Shown here in pieces: positions 27,029-36,431 of a DNA stretch of 64,000 nt. Position 1 is the stretch's first letter. The number at the start of each line of letters is the position of its first letter. Location of the stretch: the IMG/VR virus record IMGVR_UViG_3300017963_007659, positions 122,315-186,314 of that record, one strand, 5' to 3'. The position numbers and the translations under genes are program-made. A model generated the notes under the pieces. That model was not told the DNA's origin. It worked only from the letters and a program-made list of their open reading frames with translations, and did no database searches. The stretch is from a virus.

Positions 27029-28321
27029 ATGGAACGTGTGCGCATCCTAGCTCAAGACTACCTGTTGACCCATTCCTTTGGTGATCTCTACGAGAAGCAC
27101 CACATCAGAGCGAGCATTCGAGGGCGATTCGTCTCTCTGAACTACCATCAGCTCAAGTCAACAAGGTCTGACCCTGTCTCGCAGCAGTGTCGAGGAGCTG
27201 TCCTCCTCCATGACCACGACGACATCGACTACGAGACTGTGGTAGGAGAGACGCAGCTCCTTGCTTGGCCTTTCAACCGCTTCTTCAACTTCAATGAAGG
27301 CGTATGCGCGGACATTGATTGGACCACAGCGGAAATCCAAGAGAAGCTGGATGGCTCGCTCTGCTTCGTCTACTACAACCCCCTCGACGGTCAGTGGGAA
27401 GTCGCTACGAGGAAGGTCCCGCAAGGCAACCTCCCTATCAATCCATATGGAACAGAGACCGTTCGTGACCTCTTTCTTCAAGGATTGCAGAGGGTCATCG
27501 GAGGCTTCAAGAGTCGAGGTGTCTCTGACTTCGATGACCTCATGAACAAGATGGACCCGTTTCGCATGCACACCTGGATGTTCGAGCTGACCTCTCCGGT
27601 CAACCGGATCGTCTGTGTGTACAATGACATCTCAGTCACCCTCTTGGGACGGCGTAATCTCCAGACGGGGAGGGAGCGGAGCGTCCGAAACAGTGCCCTT
27701 CCCTTTGGTATCCCCATAGCGGAGACCTACGACCTGAAGGATCTCAACGCCATCATTTCCTTCGTGCAAAGGCGTCCTCCGCATGACCATGAAGGGATTG
27801 TGGTCTGTGACGCATACTTCAACAGAATCAAAGTGAAGTCGGAAGCTTACGTGTTAGCGAACAAGATGCAAGGGCACCTCGCTTCAAGCCCCCAGAAGAT
27901 CACGAGCATCATTCTTGAAGGGGGCTGGGATGACGTCTCAGGTCAGCTACCGGACTACATTCGGGAGCAAGGGGACCTCATGTCCCAAGCCTTCGGGGAC
28001 ATCGTTGCCAGAACTATCAAAGCATTCCGAGAGATTGAGAAAGAGGTCGCGGACCAAGGTCTCACCATCGAGGACAAGGACCACCGGAAGACATTCGCTC
28101 TCGCCGCCAAGGCTCGGAAGTGTGATGTCCAGGCAGTCATGAATTGCTATGGACAAAACGCGGACGCCATGATAGAGTGGTTCCATTATCGGGATGGTCG
28201 AAAGCCTGATATGCGTGGTAGGCACGTCAAGCGCATAAGGGACATGATCAAGAAGGAGATGGAACGGAATGGGACATCGCGCAAAGCGTTCTGGGAAATC
28301 CAAGAAGACGAGGAAGAATAA
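27029..28321 (+). CDS. T4 Rnl1-family RNA ligase
   Basis: AWPFNRFFN, EKLDGSL, FELTSP, EGIVVCD, RIKVKS. Confidence 0.88.
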   Translation: MERVRILAQDYLLTHSFGDLYEKHHIRASIRGRFVSLNYHQLKSTRSDPVSQQCRGAVLLHDHDDIDYETVVGETQLLAWPFNRFFNFNEGVCADIDWTTAEIQEKLDGSLCFVYYNPLDGQWEVATRKVPQGNLPINPYGTETVRDLFLQGLQRVIGGFKSRGVSDFDDLMNKMDPFRMHTWMFELTSPVNRIVCVYNDISVTLLGRRNLQTGRERSVRNSALPFGIPIAETYDLKDLNAIISFVQRRPPHDHEGIVVCDAYFNRIKVKSEAYVLANKMQGHLASSPQKITSIILEGGWDDVSGQLPDYIREQGDLMSQAFGDIVARTIKAFREIEKEVADQGLTIEDKDHRKTFALAAKARKCDVQAVMNCYGQNADAMIEWFHYRDGRKPDMRGRHVKRIRDMIKKEMERNGTSRKAFWEIQEDEEE

Positions 28322-28571
28322 GACACGGAAGCCGAAGCCGAAGGTAGTGGTTCTCCCGCTGAGTCGTCATCGGGTTCGGTATCCAGAGAAGAGCGAAGAG
28401 TGGAGTCCCTGGCTATATTCGTCGCTTCGCAGGAAACGAGTCAAAGTAGTAGACGGGAGCTTCCGGTGGATGGTTCTCCCGCCGACGCCAGACACAAAGA
28501 AGATAGCTCGGCTGTCGAGAGAGGCATTTGACGCATGGCAACAGAACCAGAGCTGTACTACGAGCCCCTGA
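28269..28571 (+). CDS. Basic hypothetical protein
   Basis: Fills the gap between the ligase and dnaX genes; start uncertain. Confidence 0.4.
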   Translation: MGHRAKRSGKSKKTRKNKTRKPKPKVVVLPLSRHRVRYPEKSEEWSPWLYSSLRRKRVKVVDGSFRWMVLPPTPDTKKIARLSREAFDAWQQNQSCTTSP

Positions 28572-29665
28572 CTGACAAGTACAGGCCCAAGACGCTGGAT
28601 GCAGTCTTCGGTCAAGATACAGCCAAGAAAATCTTGAAGGGGATGCTGACTACGAAGAAGATAGCACGCGCCTATCTCCTCACAGGTCCCCACTCCACAG
28701 GAAAGACGACGCTCGCACGCATTCTCGCGCGAAACATGAACTGTGAAAAGGGACCTGCTAAATCATGTGGGAAGTGTCCCTCCTGTAACGCGATGGACAA
28801 GAAGGTCCACCCTGACGTCACAGAGATCGACGCAGCGAGCAACCGAGGTATCAACGAAGCCAGAGAGTTGAAGGCTCAAGCCTCTCTGGCTCCTCGCTAC
28901 AAGAAACGTGTCTTCATCATCGACGAAGTTCATGGACTTACGGGGCATGCCGAAGAGGCATTACTCAAGACTCTTGAAGAGCCTCCACCCTCAACAGTCT
29001 TCATCCTCTGCACGACAGACCCTGGGAAGGTGCGCGCTACCATCCGGTCTCGGCTGAAGTGGCTCAAGCTCTCCCCTCTGAATATCAAGGACTGTGGAAA
29101 CCTGGTTCAGATGGTCTCGGCTGGAGAAGGGTTCCCTCTCGACGAGACGAACTCTCAGCTCGTTGCCAAGTATGCCTACGGACATCCACGGGAAGCTCTC
29201 CACCTTGTCGAGAACATCATCGACTTCGCTGCGAGTGGCGAGAACGTGGAAGACCTGAACCAAGTCCTGGACAGGATTGTCTCCCGTGCGCTCCAGATGA
29301 GCCCCGAGATGCTCTCTGAGAAGTATGTGGAGAACGTGCTCCAGGGACTTTCGGATCAAGTCTACAAGTATGTGGCGGAAGTGGACAACGCTCCTGCCTT
29401 CCTCGAACGTGTCTGCTACATCCTCCGTCAGAGCCTCATCCTCTCCACAGGAGGGTTCAAGAGCGCGGACGAGTATTTCGATCGTTTCTTCTCGCGGGGA
29501 TGGGTACGAAACTTCGGACCGGCCCAGACTCTCAAGATCTACAACATCCATCTGGACGCACTCCTGAAAGCTTCCACCTATACCATGGATCCTGTGGAGA
29601 TTCTCATGAAGGCTGCGATTGAGAGTCTACTCATCATCATGGAATGTCCGCCAACCGCCAAGTAA
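28535..29665 (+). CDS. dnaX: DNA polymerase III gamma/tau-like clamp loader subunit
   Basis: KYRPKT..VFGQ, GPHSTGKTTLAR, CGKCPSC, EIDAASNRGI, IIDEVH, LLKTLEEPP. Confidence 0.92.
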   Translation: MATEPELYYEPLTDKYRPKTLDAVFGQDTAKKILKGMLTTKKIARAYLLTGPHSTGKTTLARILARNMNCEKGPAKSCGKCPSCNAMDKKVHPDVTEIDAASNRGINEARELKAQASLAPRYKKRVFIIDEVHGLTGHAEEALLKTLEEPPPSTVFILCTTDPGKVRATIRSRLKWLKLSPLNIKDCGNLVQMVSAGEGFPLDETNSQLVAKYAYGHPREALHLVENIIDFAASGENVEDLNQVLDRIVSRALQMSPEMLSEKYVENVLQGLSDQVYKYVAEVDNAPAFLERVCYILRQSLILSTGGFKSADEYFDRFFSRGWVRNFGPAQTLKIYNIHLDALLKASTYTMDPVEILMKAAIESLLIIMECPPTAK

Positions 29666-29689
29666 CTTCAGCGGTTACCTTGTAGACGG

Positions 29690-30508
29690 ATGAACTACAA
29701 GAATATCCTGAATGTAGCAGACGTTCTTGACTGTGACTTCAGCGAAACCTCGTTGGCAAGAGCCCTCATTCTCAAAGAAGTACACCCTGTTATTCTTGAA
29801 GAGTATCATACTCTTGTGCATGTACAGGGACCAGGAGGCGTTGGTTGGGTTCTCCCGACTTCAACGAACGTCGAATCTGTGTATAGGAGGGTCACGCGGT
29901 TGGTTTCCAAAGGAGAGATGCTGGTAGTTCCACCCTCTCTCCTGGACAAACGTTGTATACCTCTACCCCATGACTTTACATTTATTGGGGAGACCTCCTA
30001 CATGGAGGGACAAGCGCACTCTCCGCATTACAGCCAGTTCTCCAAGGACCCAGACAACTTCCGGATCATCCCTCTCTACTCTGAAGGATACGACCCCGAT
30101 AGTCTCCACATCATGCTCATGGAGTGGTTCAAAGATGACCTTCTCCTCTCCGAGTATGACAAGCATGCGGTAGAGCATCTGATTGGCAAGCGACCTTGGT
30201 TCGCCGATTACGTGGGCCTGAAGGGACTCATCCTTCAAGAAAGAGTGCCCATGGAGTCTGCCGACATCTGGGAACCAAGAGGACTCATCATCACGGCGCA
30301 GCTCTCCAAAAGGCGTTGGGGTGTGCTCTACAGGTTCGGAGAGGACACACAGACCTATCTCACTACCTGTGCTGCCAATACCTACTTTGCCCCTGAGTTC
30401 GACGATGGCTGCTCCAAAGGCGACTCCGCGCTGCACTTCTTCAAAGCTGGTCTGACCAAGACTATGGTGCCGCTCTATCAGGCTACGGGGAAACTTAGTC
30501 AAAGCTAG
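29690..30508 (+). CDS. Hypothetical protein
   Basis: 272-aa ORF; GGTTACCTT motif 5' of the start. Confidence 0.7.
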   Translation: MNYKNILNVADVLDCDFSETSLARALILKEVHPVILEEYHTLVHVQGPGGVGWVLPTSTNVESVYRRVTRLVSKGEMLVVPPSLLDKRCIPLPHDFTFIGETSYMEGQAHSPHYSQFSKDPDNFRIIPLYSEGYDPDSLHIMLMEWFKDDLLLSEYDKHAVEHLIGKRPWFADYVGLKGLILQERVPMESADIWEPRGLIITAQLSKRRWGVLYRFGEDTQTYLTTCAANTYFAPEFDDGCSKGDSALHFFKAGLTKTMVPLYQATGKLSQS

Positions 30509-30511
30509 GTG

Positions 30512-30694
30512 ATGCTTGAAATTCTATTTAGCATAGACGCCACCCTACGGTTGCTGCTCGTCTACTGTGTCCTATCGATGACGGCGATGACTGTTCTCCT
30601 CTTTCTCATCTGGCTCCAAATCAAACGAGTCAATAATAAAGAGGATGAGAAGACAGAAACCAAACGGAACTCCACAGATAAGAGATCTCCTTGA
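30512..30694 (+). CDS. Small membrane protein
   Basis: Single hydrophobic helix; TAGTCAAAG just upstream. Confidence 0.55.
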   Translation: MLEILFSIDATLRLLLVYCVLSMTAMTVLLFLIWLQIKRVNNKEDEKTETKRNSTDKRSP

Positions 30695-30848
30695 CACGAT
30701 TCTTGTAGCCGTAGAGAACCATCACATAGAGTGGTACGACGCCACGGAGGGGACGGTTCCCATAGAGCCCCTCGACAAGAAGCTCTGGGATACAGCGAAA
30801 GAGGTCCGTGACGCTTTGGAGGGCAACGATGACAGACTCAGAGGGTAA
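30645..30848 (+). CDS. Hypothetical protein
   Basis: GAGG RBS; overlapping ORF chain. Confidence 0.55.
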   Translation: MRRQKPNGTPQIRDLLDTILVAVENHHIEWYDATEGTVPIEPLDKKLWDTAKEVRDALEGNDDRLRG

Positions 30849-31200
30849 TACCGTCGAGCAGCCTTGGGTGGATATCGTTCCGGGGCAGATGAATCAAACC
30901 CATCAGCTCATGGGATGCATCGCTCCACTCTTGACGTACCTGGAGGGCTATGATTCCAGATCCCTCCACACGCTTCTTAGCATGAATCAGAACCCTTACT
31001 GTGAAGGGGACGGTTCGATGTCTGTCGAACAATGGAACGCAGCGGCTGATGTTAACGATATGGTCAACGACCTCCGAGAGGCATGTAGGGCATTCATGAA
31101 CGCTCCGCTTGGTCCTGCTGTTCGTGAAGGACCTCGACACATAGCTCGTGCTTCCAAAGTCATCGCTAATGTCTTCGCAGACGACGACATCCCTTTTTAG
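30829..31200 (+). CDS. Hypothetical protein
   Basis: GGAGG upstream; ends ADDDIPF. Confidence 0.65.
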   Translation: MTDSEGNTVEQPWVDIVPGQMNQTHQLMGCIAPLLTYLEGYDSRSLHTLLSMNQNPYCEGDGSMSVEQWNAAADVNDMVNDLREACRAFMNAPLGPAVREGPRHIARASKVIANVFADDDIPF

Positions 31201-31218
31201 GAGTATTTAAGGTAAGTT

Positions 31219-33624
31219 ATGACAGCTACGTTCAAACGCCTTCGAGCTACCAACACTCTCACCTACCGTGAGTTGGATGTCCCCCTCGACAACCAGGGAC
31301 TCGTCCTCATCACGGCGAAAAACAAGGACACAAACGGGAGCAATGGGTCGGGGAAGTCGAACATCTGGGAGATGCTCTGCCATCTCATCTTCGGGACAAC
31401 GGGGAAGGGGCTGAACAAGAAGGGAATCATAAACCAGTTCGTAGGCAAGGACATGCTTGTAGAGCTGGACCTGGAGGTCAACGGTACTCCCTACACCTTC
31501 GTGGAAGCCAGAAAGCACAAGAAGCACGGGACTGGTTTCCAGGTTCTCGAAAATGGGAATGACATCACGCCCAAGCGATCTGCTGGAAAGAATGAACCTC
31601 AGCTCCTCATGCAGGAGATCATCGGGTTCTCCCTACCAGAATACCTTGGTATGGTCTACCTCTGTCAGAAATTCAACCATGTGCTCGTCAAGGGAACGAG
31701 GAGCGAGAAACAAGCCTACCTCTCCGCACTCTTCGACCTCGACAAGTATGAGGTGCTCCACAAAGAGGCTAAGGAGCGGTCCAAGCAAGTCGAAAAGGAC
31801 ATGGCAGGCTACCAGTCCTATGAGAGAGACCTGGAACGCTGCAATGAAACCTTGGCTAACATTCCGGATACCGCTGTCCTCACACAGGCCCTGAATGACT
31901 CCACAACCATCATCAGTCAGAAGAAAGAGGAGAGGACTCTCCTGACACAGGAGATCACCAAACTCCGAGCTGCCAACCAGCAAGCCCAGAGGAAAGTTGA
32001 CGCCCTCTCTGCCTTGAATGACCTCAACTTCGCTGTCATATCTGAAGAGGCGTTCCAGACGCAGCGTACAGCGGTGGAAGCGAACCTGACGAAGGTACGT
32101 CAGACAATCAAGTCTCTGGAGCTGATGATTGAAAAGCTGAAGCACCGGGAGAAGGTCCAGAGCCAAATCCCAGCTCCACCGACACTGAGTCAGCAGGAGC
32201 TTCTTGACACAGCGCAGCAACTCCGCAGCAGCATTCCCACCAAGCAACTCCTCATTCAGCAGATTGAGGAGCGGAATCGAATCGCTGTGCAGCTCGAACA
32301 GTTCAAGACGCAGAGGGAAGCCTATCCCCCTCCTGAAGAGCTTGACGCCTCTCTTGCGAAGCTTCGAGAAGAGAACGCGACGGTCAAGGCTCAAGTACGA
32401 GAAGCGGAGTTCGCGCTCCGTGCTGCTACAGAGGCGAAGAAGTCTCTGGACGATATCACCGGGAGCGTATGTCCCACCTGCCATCGTGGAATTTCTCCGG
32501 AAGAGAAAGACCTGCTCATTACTGGTTTGGGTCTTCCGGAGAAGCAAGCCTCCTACGATACTCTGAGTCAGCAGGGACGAGATCTCGTAGCTGAAGAGGC
32601 GCAAGTCGTACAGCAGAAACTCGCTGTGGACAAGATCTTCGAGGAGGAGAAACGCCTCCTAGAGCGCTACGTGACCCTTCCTACGGACATTCTTGAAGAG
32701 GTGCAGGAAGCCCTTCAAGAGAACCAGGAAGCCCTCCAGACGGCTGAGAACCGCCTACAAATCTGGTCTACCATTGAGACCTTGAACGCGCAGCTCGCCA
32801 ACTTGCCTGAAGGCGACATTGCCATGAACGAAGCTGTTCTTGTGGACTTCCAGGAGCAGAAGGCGGCCTACAAGAATGAGGGTGACATCCTCAACAAGGT
32901 GTCCATTTGGATTCGAGATGCGAACTTGGACACTGATGACCTTACGGGGGATGAGGTGCTCCAGGAGAAGCAGGGGATTCTTGAAGATCTGACGACTCAG
33001 ATTGAGGACCTTATTAAAGAGCAGACTGTTGTACAGGGACAGCTTCGCGAGAGACATGAAGTCGAGACCCTGAAGCAGACGGCTGAAGAGATGTTGCAGG
33101 AAGCCTCTGCTCTTCGCCCCCGACAGATTTATCTTCCCAAGCTCGTCGATGCGTTTGGTCCGAAGGGACTCAAGACGGTTCGCTTGGATATCATCATGCA
33201 GCAGCTTGTGAAGATTCTGCCACACTACCTCAATCCCCTCTTCTCTGGTTCTGGTTATAAGGTCAGCGTGGGCAAAAATCTAGAGTTCGAGCTGTCGATG
33301 CAGCATGAGGGAAAGAGGATCGTACTTCCAGGTAAGGGGACGAGCGGAGGGGAAGCCAAATCTCTCGATATGGCGAACCTCTTTGCGCTCCGAACGTTGC
33401 GAACATCGCATAAGTCCGCTAATATATTGATTGTGGATGAGCCTTACGGAGACTTGGACGCAGGGAAGCGAGGTATCTTGACTGACCTCTTCCAGCAGCT
33501 CCGAGCTACTGAGGCTGTTAGTAGCGTGTTCGTAATCACGCATGAATCTGAGGTCTTACAGCACTCCTTTGACAAGGTTTGGACTGTGGTCCGTGAGAAC
33601 AACGAATCAAAACTGAAAGTGTGA
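31219..33624 (+). CDS. SbcC/Rad50-like ATPase (recombination nuclease subunit)
   Basis: GSNGSGKS Walker A, coiled coil with CPTC hook, TSGGE signature, ILIVDEP, ITHES. Confidence 0.92.
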   Translation: MTATFKRLRATNTLTYRELDVPLDNQGLVLITAKNKDTNGSNGSGKSNIWEMLCHLIFGTTGKGLNKKGIINQFVGKDMLVELDLEVNGTPYTFVEARKHKKHGTGFQVLENGNDITPKRSAGKNEPQLLMQEIIGFSLPEYLGMVYLCQKFNHVLVKGTRSEKQAYLSALFDLDKYEVLHKEAKERSKQVEKDMAGYQSYERDLERCNETLANIPDTAVLTQALNDSTTIISQKKEERTLLTQEITKLRAANQQAQRKVDALSALNDLNFAVISEEAFQTQRTAVEANLTKVRQTIKSLELMIEKLKHREKVQSQIPAPPTLSQQELLDTAQQLRSSIPTKQLLIQQIEERNRIAVQLEQFKTQREAYPPPEELDASLAKLREENATVKAQVREAEFALRAATEAKKSLDDITGSVCPTCHRGISPEEKDLLITGLGLPEKQASYDTLSQQGRDLVAEEAQVVQQKLAVDKIFEEEKRLLERYVTLPTDILEEVQEALQENQEALQTAENRLQIWSTIETLNAQLANLPEGDIAMNEAVLVDFQEQKAAYKNEGDILNKVSIWIRDANLDTDDLTGDEVLQEKQGILEDLTTQIEDLIKEQTVVQGQLRERHEVETLKQTAEEMLQEASALRPRQIYLPKLVDAFGPKGLKTVRLDIIMQQLVKILPHYLNPLFSGSGYKVSVGKNLEFELSMQHEGKRIVLPGKGTSGGEAKSLDMANLFALRTLRTSHKSANILIVDEPYGDLDAGKRGILTDLFQQLRATEAVSSVFVITHESEVLQHSFDKVWTVVRENNESKLKV

Positions 33625-33634
33625 GGCGTAAGCT

Positions 33635-34027
33635 ATGCCTAAAGGGTCAGACCTGTATATGTCCGCTGCGATGTCCGCAGCCATGGTTGAGGGAGATTGC
33701 ACAGAGTACAACTGTGTGAACTGCAAAGCACCGTGCTGTGGGTTCCATGTTGGCCTCAATGAGCAGGAGTTGAAAAACGGGCACTACCTTGTGACCGAAG
33801 CTCCTGGGTATCCTATTCTGGCTCGTACAAAGGAGGGGGCTTGTGTATACCAGAATCCTGATGGGTCTTGTGGTATTTACGCAAGGCGTCCGTGGATTTG
33901 TCGAACCTATACCTGTGAGAAGGATACTCGAATTGACGACGTAGCTCGTTTCGAGACAGGACGTCCCAATATCGATACTCTCCTTCCAGATGAAAAGGCA
34001 TCGGATGGCGAAGACACAAACAAGTGA
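33635..34027 (+). CDS. YkgJ/FliB-family Cys-cluster (Zn/Fe-S) protein
   Basis: CVNCKAPCC...GACVY...CGIYARRPWICRTYTC. Confidence 0.8.
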   Translation: MPKGSDLYMSAAMSAAMVEGDCTEYNCVNCKAPCCGFHVGLNEQELKNGHYLVTEAPGYPILARTKEGACVYQNPDGSCGIYARRPWICRTYTCEKDTRIDDVARFETGRPNIDTLLPDEKASDGEDTNK

Positions 34028-34871
34028 GGAAATGCCAAAGTGCCGTGTCAAAGCACATGGCTACTGTAAGGGGCAGTGCGATACGTGTATTTCTCATGAA
34101 GTAGCTGAAGTCATTGCAATGGTGTCTGCTTCAGACCCGAAGACGGCACAGCTATGTCTTCAAGAATTGGACTTCGGCACGGTCTGGGACAAGATTCCGG
34201 AGAACTTGAAAGCTCCTCCTGAAGACCCCTTCTACTGCTCTATTCTTAAGACAGAGGTCGTCGTTCCCTGTTTGCTGAGGAGTTGTCCCTATTGGGTAGA
34301 TAGGACATCAGCGCAGAATTGTCTCCTGTGCTACTACAAGGAGCAAGAGGGAAACGAGGAGCTATCAACACGGGAGATTGCGGAGGTCTTAGACTACACG
34401 GTCACGGAAACGAACAGCCTGTTGGAATCTGCTATCACTGCTCTTAGGCATATGGCAATTGGTCTTCCTGTCGGCAGTCAAGACTTGCAGGCGACCTTCG
34501 AGTTCGTTCAGACGGAGTATGTGTGTTGTGTCTGTGAGAGACCTACACCAGAGGACCTGACGGAAGTGCTGAGAATCCCAGAGCTTGGGTTGGCTTACTG
34601 TTCTTTGGCTTGTAGAGTACGGAAGAATCCTACAGTGATTCATCTGGAACACAAATTCCATGCGGACATTGCTGACATTTTGACCTGGACGTTGGCCAAC
34701 TTTGTCAAAGCGAGTGCTATGGAGCAGGCACTGAACATGGATTCCTGTGCGATTCAGCAGCTTATCCGCCAATTCCTTGGGAAAAACGCCTTATCCGCCT
34801 TCCCTGGAGAGAAGCTCCCTGAAGCTATTCAGCCCTTCGAGGCGCTCTTCTCTTTCAACAAACTGGTTTAA
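34005..34871 (+). CDS. Cys-rich protein with sigma region 4-like HTH
   Basis: ELSTREIAEVLDYTVTETNSLLESAITALR; several Cys clusters. Confidence 0.55.
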   Translation: MAKTQTSEEMPKCRVKAHGYCKGQCDTCISHEVAEVIAMVSASDPKTAQLCLQELDFGTVWDKIPENLKAPPEDPFYCSILKTEVVVPCLLRSCPYWVDRTSAQNCLLCYYKEQEGNEELSTREIAEVLDYTVTETNSLLESAITALRHMAIGLPVGSQDLQATFEFVQTEYVCCVCERPTPEDLTEVLRIPELGLAYCSLACRVRKNPTVIHLEHKFHADIADILTWTLANFVKASAMEQALNMDSCAIQQLIRQFLGKNALSAFPGEKLPEAIQPFEALFSFNKLV

Positions 34872-34929
34872 AAAGCAAAGGTTATCTTTAGATGAAGTTC
34901 TTGACGCACAGAAAAAGGGTTGGTTTACG

Positions 34930-35679
34930 ATGAGCCAAGATATGTTTCAAAAATTCCAAGAGCGAAAAGCTGCTGCTGGGCGTCCAAGGGGCGATCTCTA
35001 CCTCGCAGACATTCAGCCCATGGACTCCAAGAATGCCGCGCGCATCCTGCTCGGGTATCATTCGTCTTTGAAAGAGCCGACTATGGATGAAGTTCAAGCA
35101 TTCGTGGTTCAGCGCTTCAAGGGTAAGGTCGAGCCTGTTTCGCGCAGTGCTGCTCGACATCCTGATGTCAATGGGTTCAGCTTGGTCGTCAAGTCTTTCA
35201 CGCCTCGTCGACCGATTGGCGATGCTGATGGCATGACGCGAGTCACTGGTTCAATCTACACAGACAAAGAGAACGTGTTCTGGGATGTGGACACCGACGA
35301 GAACGGCACGACTTTCCTGGCTCGCAGGCAAGAAGCTACTCTCATGGACATCCTGAACGAGCATCGCGCACCGTCCAGCCTCAAGAATGCCAGCTTCGCC
35401 AAGACCCAAATCTCGGCTGCGGTTGTGTATGCTGGAGATACGGTCAAAGGCTACGCGAATGGTCGTCTGTACGTCGGAACGGTCACCGACGTTCGTGGAA
35501 CGGACATCATCGTTCAGCCGAAGCAGGGGGAAGCTCTCAAAGCTTCTCTGACTGAGATTATCTCGGTTGAAGAGCGAACCGCTGAGCTGGACAATGCGAC
35601 GAAGCAGAAGCTGTACGAGTACTACACTCAAGCCTACGGCAGCGAAGAGTACGCTCGTAAGCTCGTATACGGACCGTAA
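34930..35679 (+). CDS. Hypothetical protein, likely virion or late
   Basis: AGGTTATCTTTAGA upstream, identical to the sheath-gene motif. Confidence 0.7.
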   Translation: MSQDMFQKFQERKAAAGRPRGDLYLADIQPMDSKNAARILLGYHSSLKEPTMDEVQAFVVQRFKGKVEPVSRSAARHPDVNGFSLVVKSFTPRRPIGDADGMTRVTGSIYTDKENVFWDVDTDENGTTFLARRQEATLMDILNEHRAPSSLKNASFAKTQISAAVVYAGDTVKGYANGRLYVGTVTDVRGTDIIVQPKQGEALKASLTEIISVEERTAELDNATKQKLYEYYTQAYGSEEYARKLVYGP

Positions 35680-35714
35680 TAGCTGGTGCTGAAAGCACCT
35701 GGGAGAATGGTGCT

Positions 35715-36365
35715 ATGACCTCCTGTCCTGTCTGCCTGAACAAGGATGCAGAGACGCTTGAAGCGATCAAATCCGCCTACCTGGATGAAGGTGCATCTGC
35801 GGAGGAGATATCGAGCGAGTTCAGCATTCCCTACGACCTCATCATGGAGCATCTCTCCAAGTGTATCACCTCTGGCGAGAACAAGATCGATGGTATGAAT
35901 GATCGGTCTGAGGACCTCCAGGAAGTATACAGGAAAGTCAAAGAAGCGCTAGATGAGGCGCATATCACCTACATGGCAGACTCCAAGGGCAGTAATGCCC
36001 AAGGGTATTCTCAAATTCTGATGCAGTTTCGTGGACTTGTTCAAGACATCCATCAGCTCGACAGTCCAGAGAAGCTCGCCAGTGAGCTAGCGAATGACGT
36101 GGTTGGACCTCTTGTCTCCCGTGTCATCACTACGGTAACTGAAGAGCTGCATCGTCTCCGGGAAGACCTGACTCCTAAAGTTGGAGCGGAGCACTCCAAG
36201 GCGGTCAGCAATGCCTCCAGCGACATGCTGAAGCGTATTGGTTCTAGGCTCACCATGGACCAACAAGAAGCTGTAATCAAGATTCAGAAGCGCTTCAATG
36301 TCGTCGGGGATGACGAAGGTTCCAAGAAGAAAAAGCCCTACAAGAGTGACGCTGCTCTACACTAA
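35715..36365 (+). CDS. Probable terminase small subunit
   Basis: N-terminal CPVC plus HTH, helical body; immediately upstream of the large terminase. Confidence 0.55.
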   Translation: MTSCPVCLNKDAETLEAIKSAYLDEGASAEEISSEFSIPYDLIMEHLSKCITSGENKIDGMNDRSEDLQEVYRKVKEALDEAHITYMADSKGSNAQGYSQILMQFRGLVQDIHQLDSPEKLASELANDVVGPLVSRVITTVTEELHRLREDLTPKVGAEHSKAVSNASSDMLKRIGSRLTMDQQEAVIKIQKRFNVVGDDEGSKKKKPYKSDAALH

Positions 36366-36431
36366 CGAATCCACTGAAACCTTCCTCGGTTACTTGTAGG
36401 AGAGGGAATGCCCTCTTTTTAGTGGACAACT

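Noticed and set aside
28535-29665. SRC to SRL change in DnaX as a sign of inactivation
   Set aside because: The arginine finger, Walker A/B and zinc motifs are intact; the change is probably tolerated.
29690-31200. SbcD/Mre11 partner next to SbcC
   Set aside because: No DxH, GD or GNHD phosphoesterase motifs in the neighbouring ORFs; the partner is probably outside the window.
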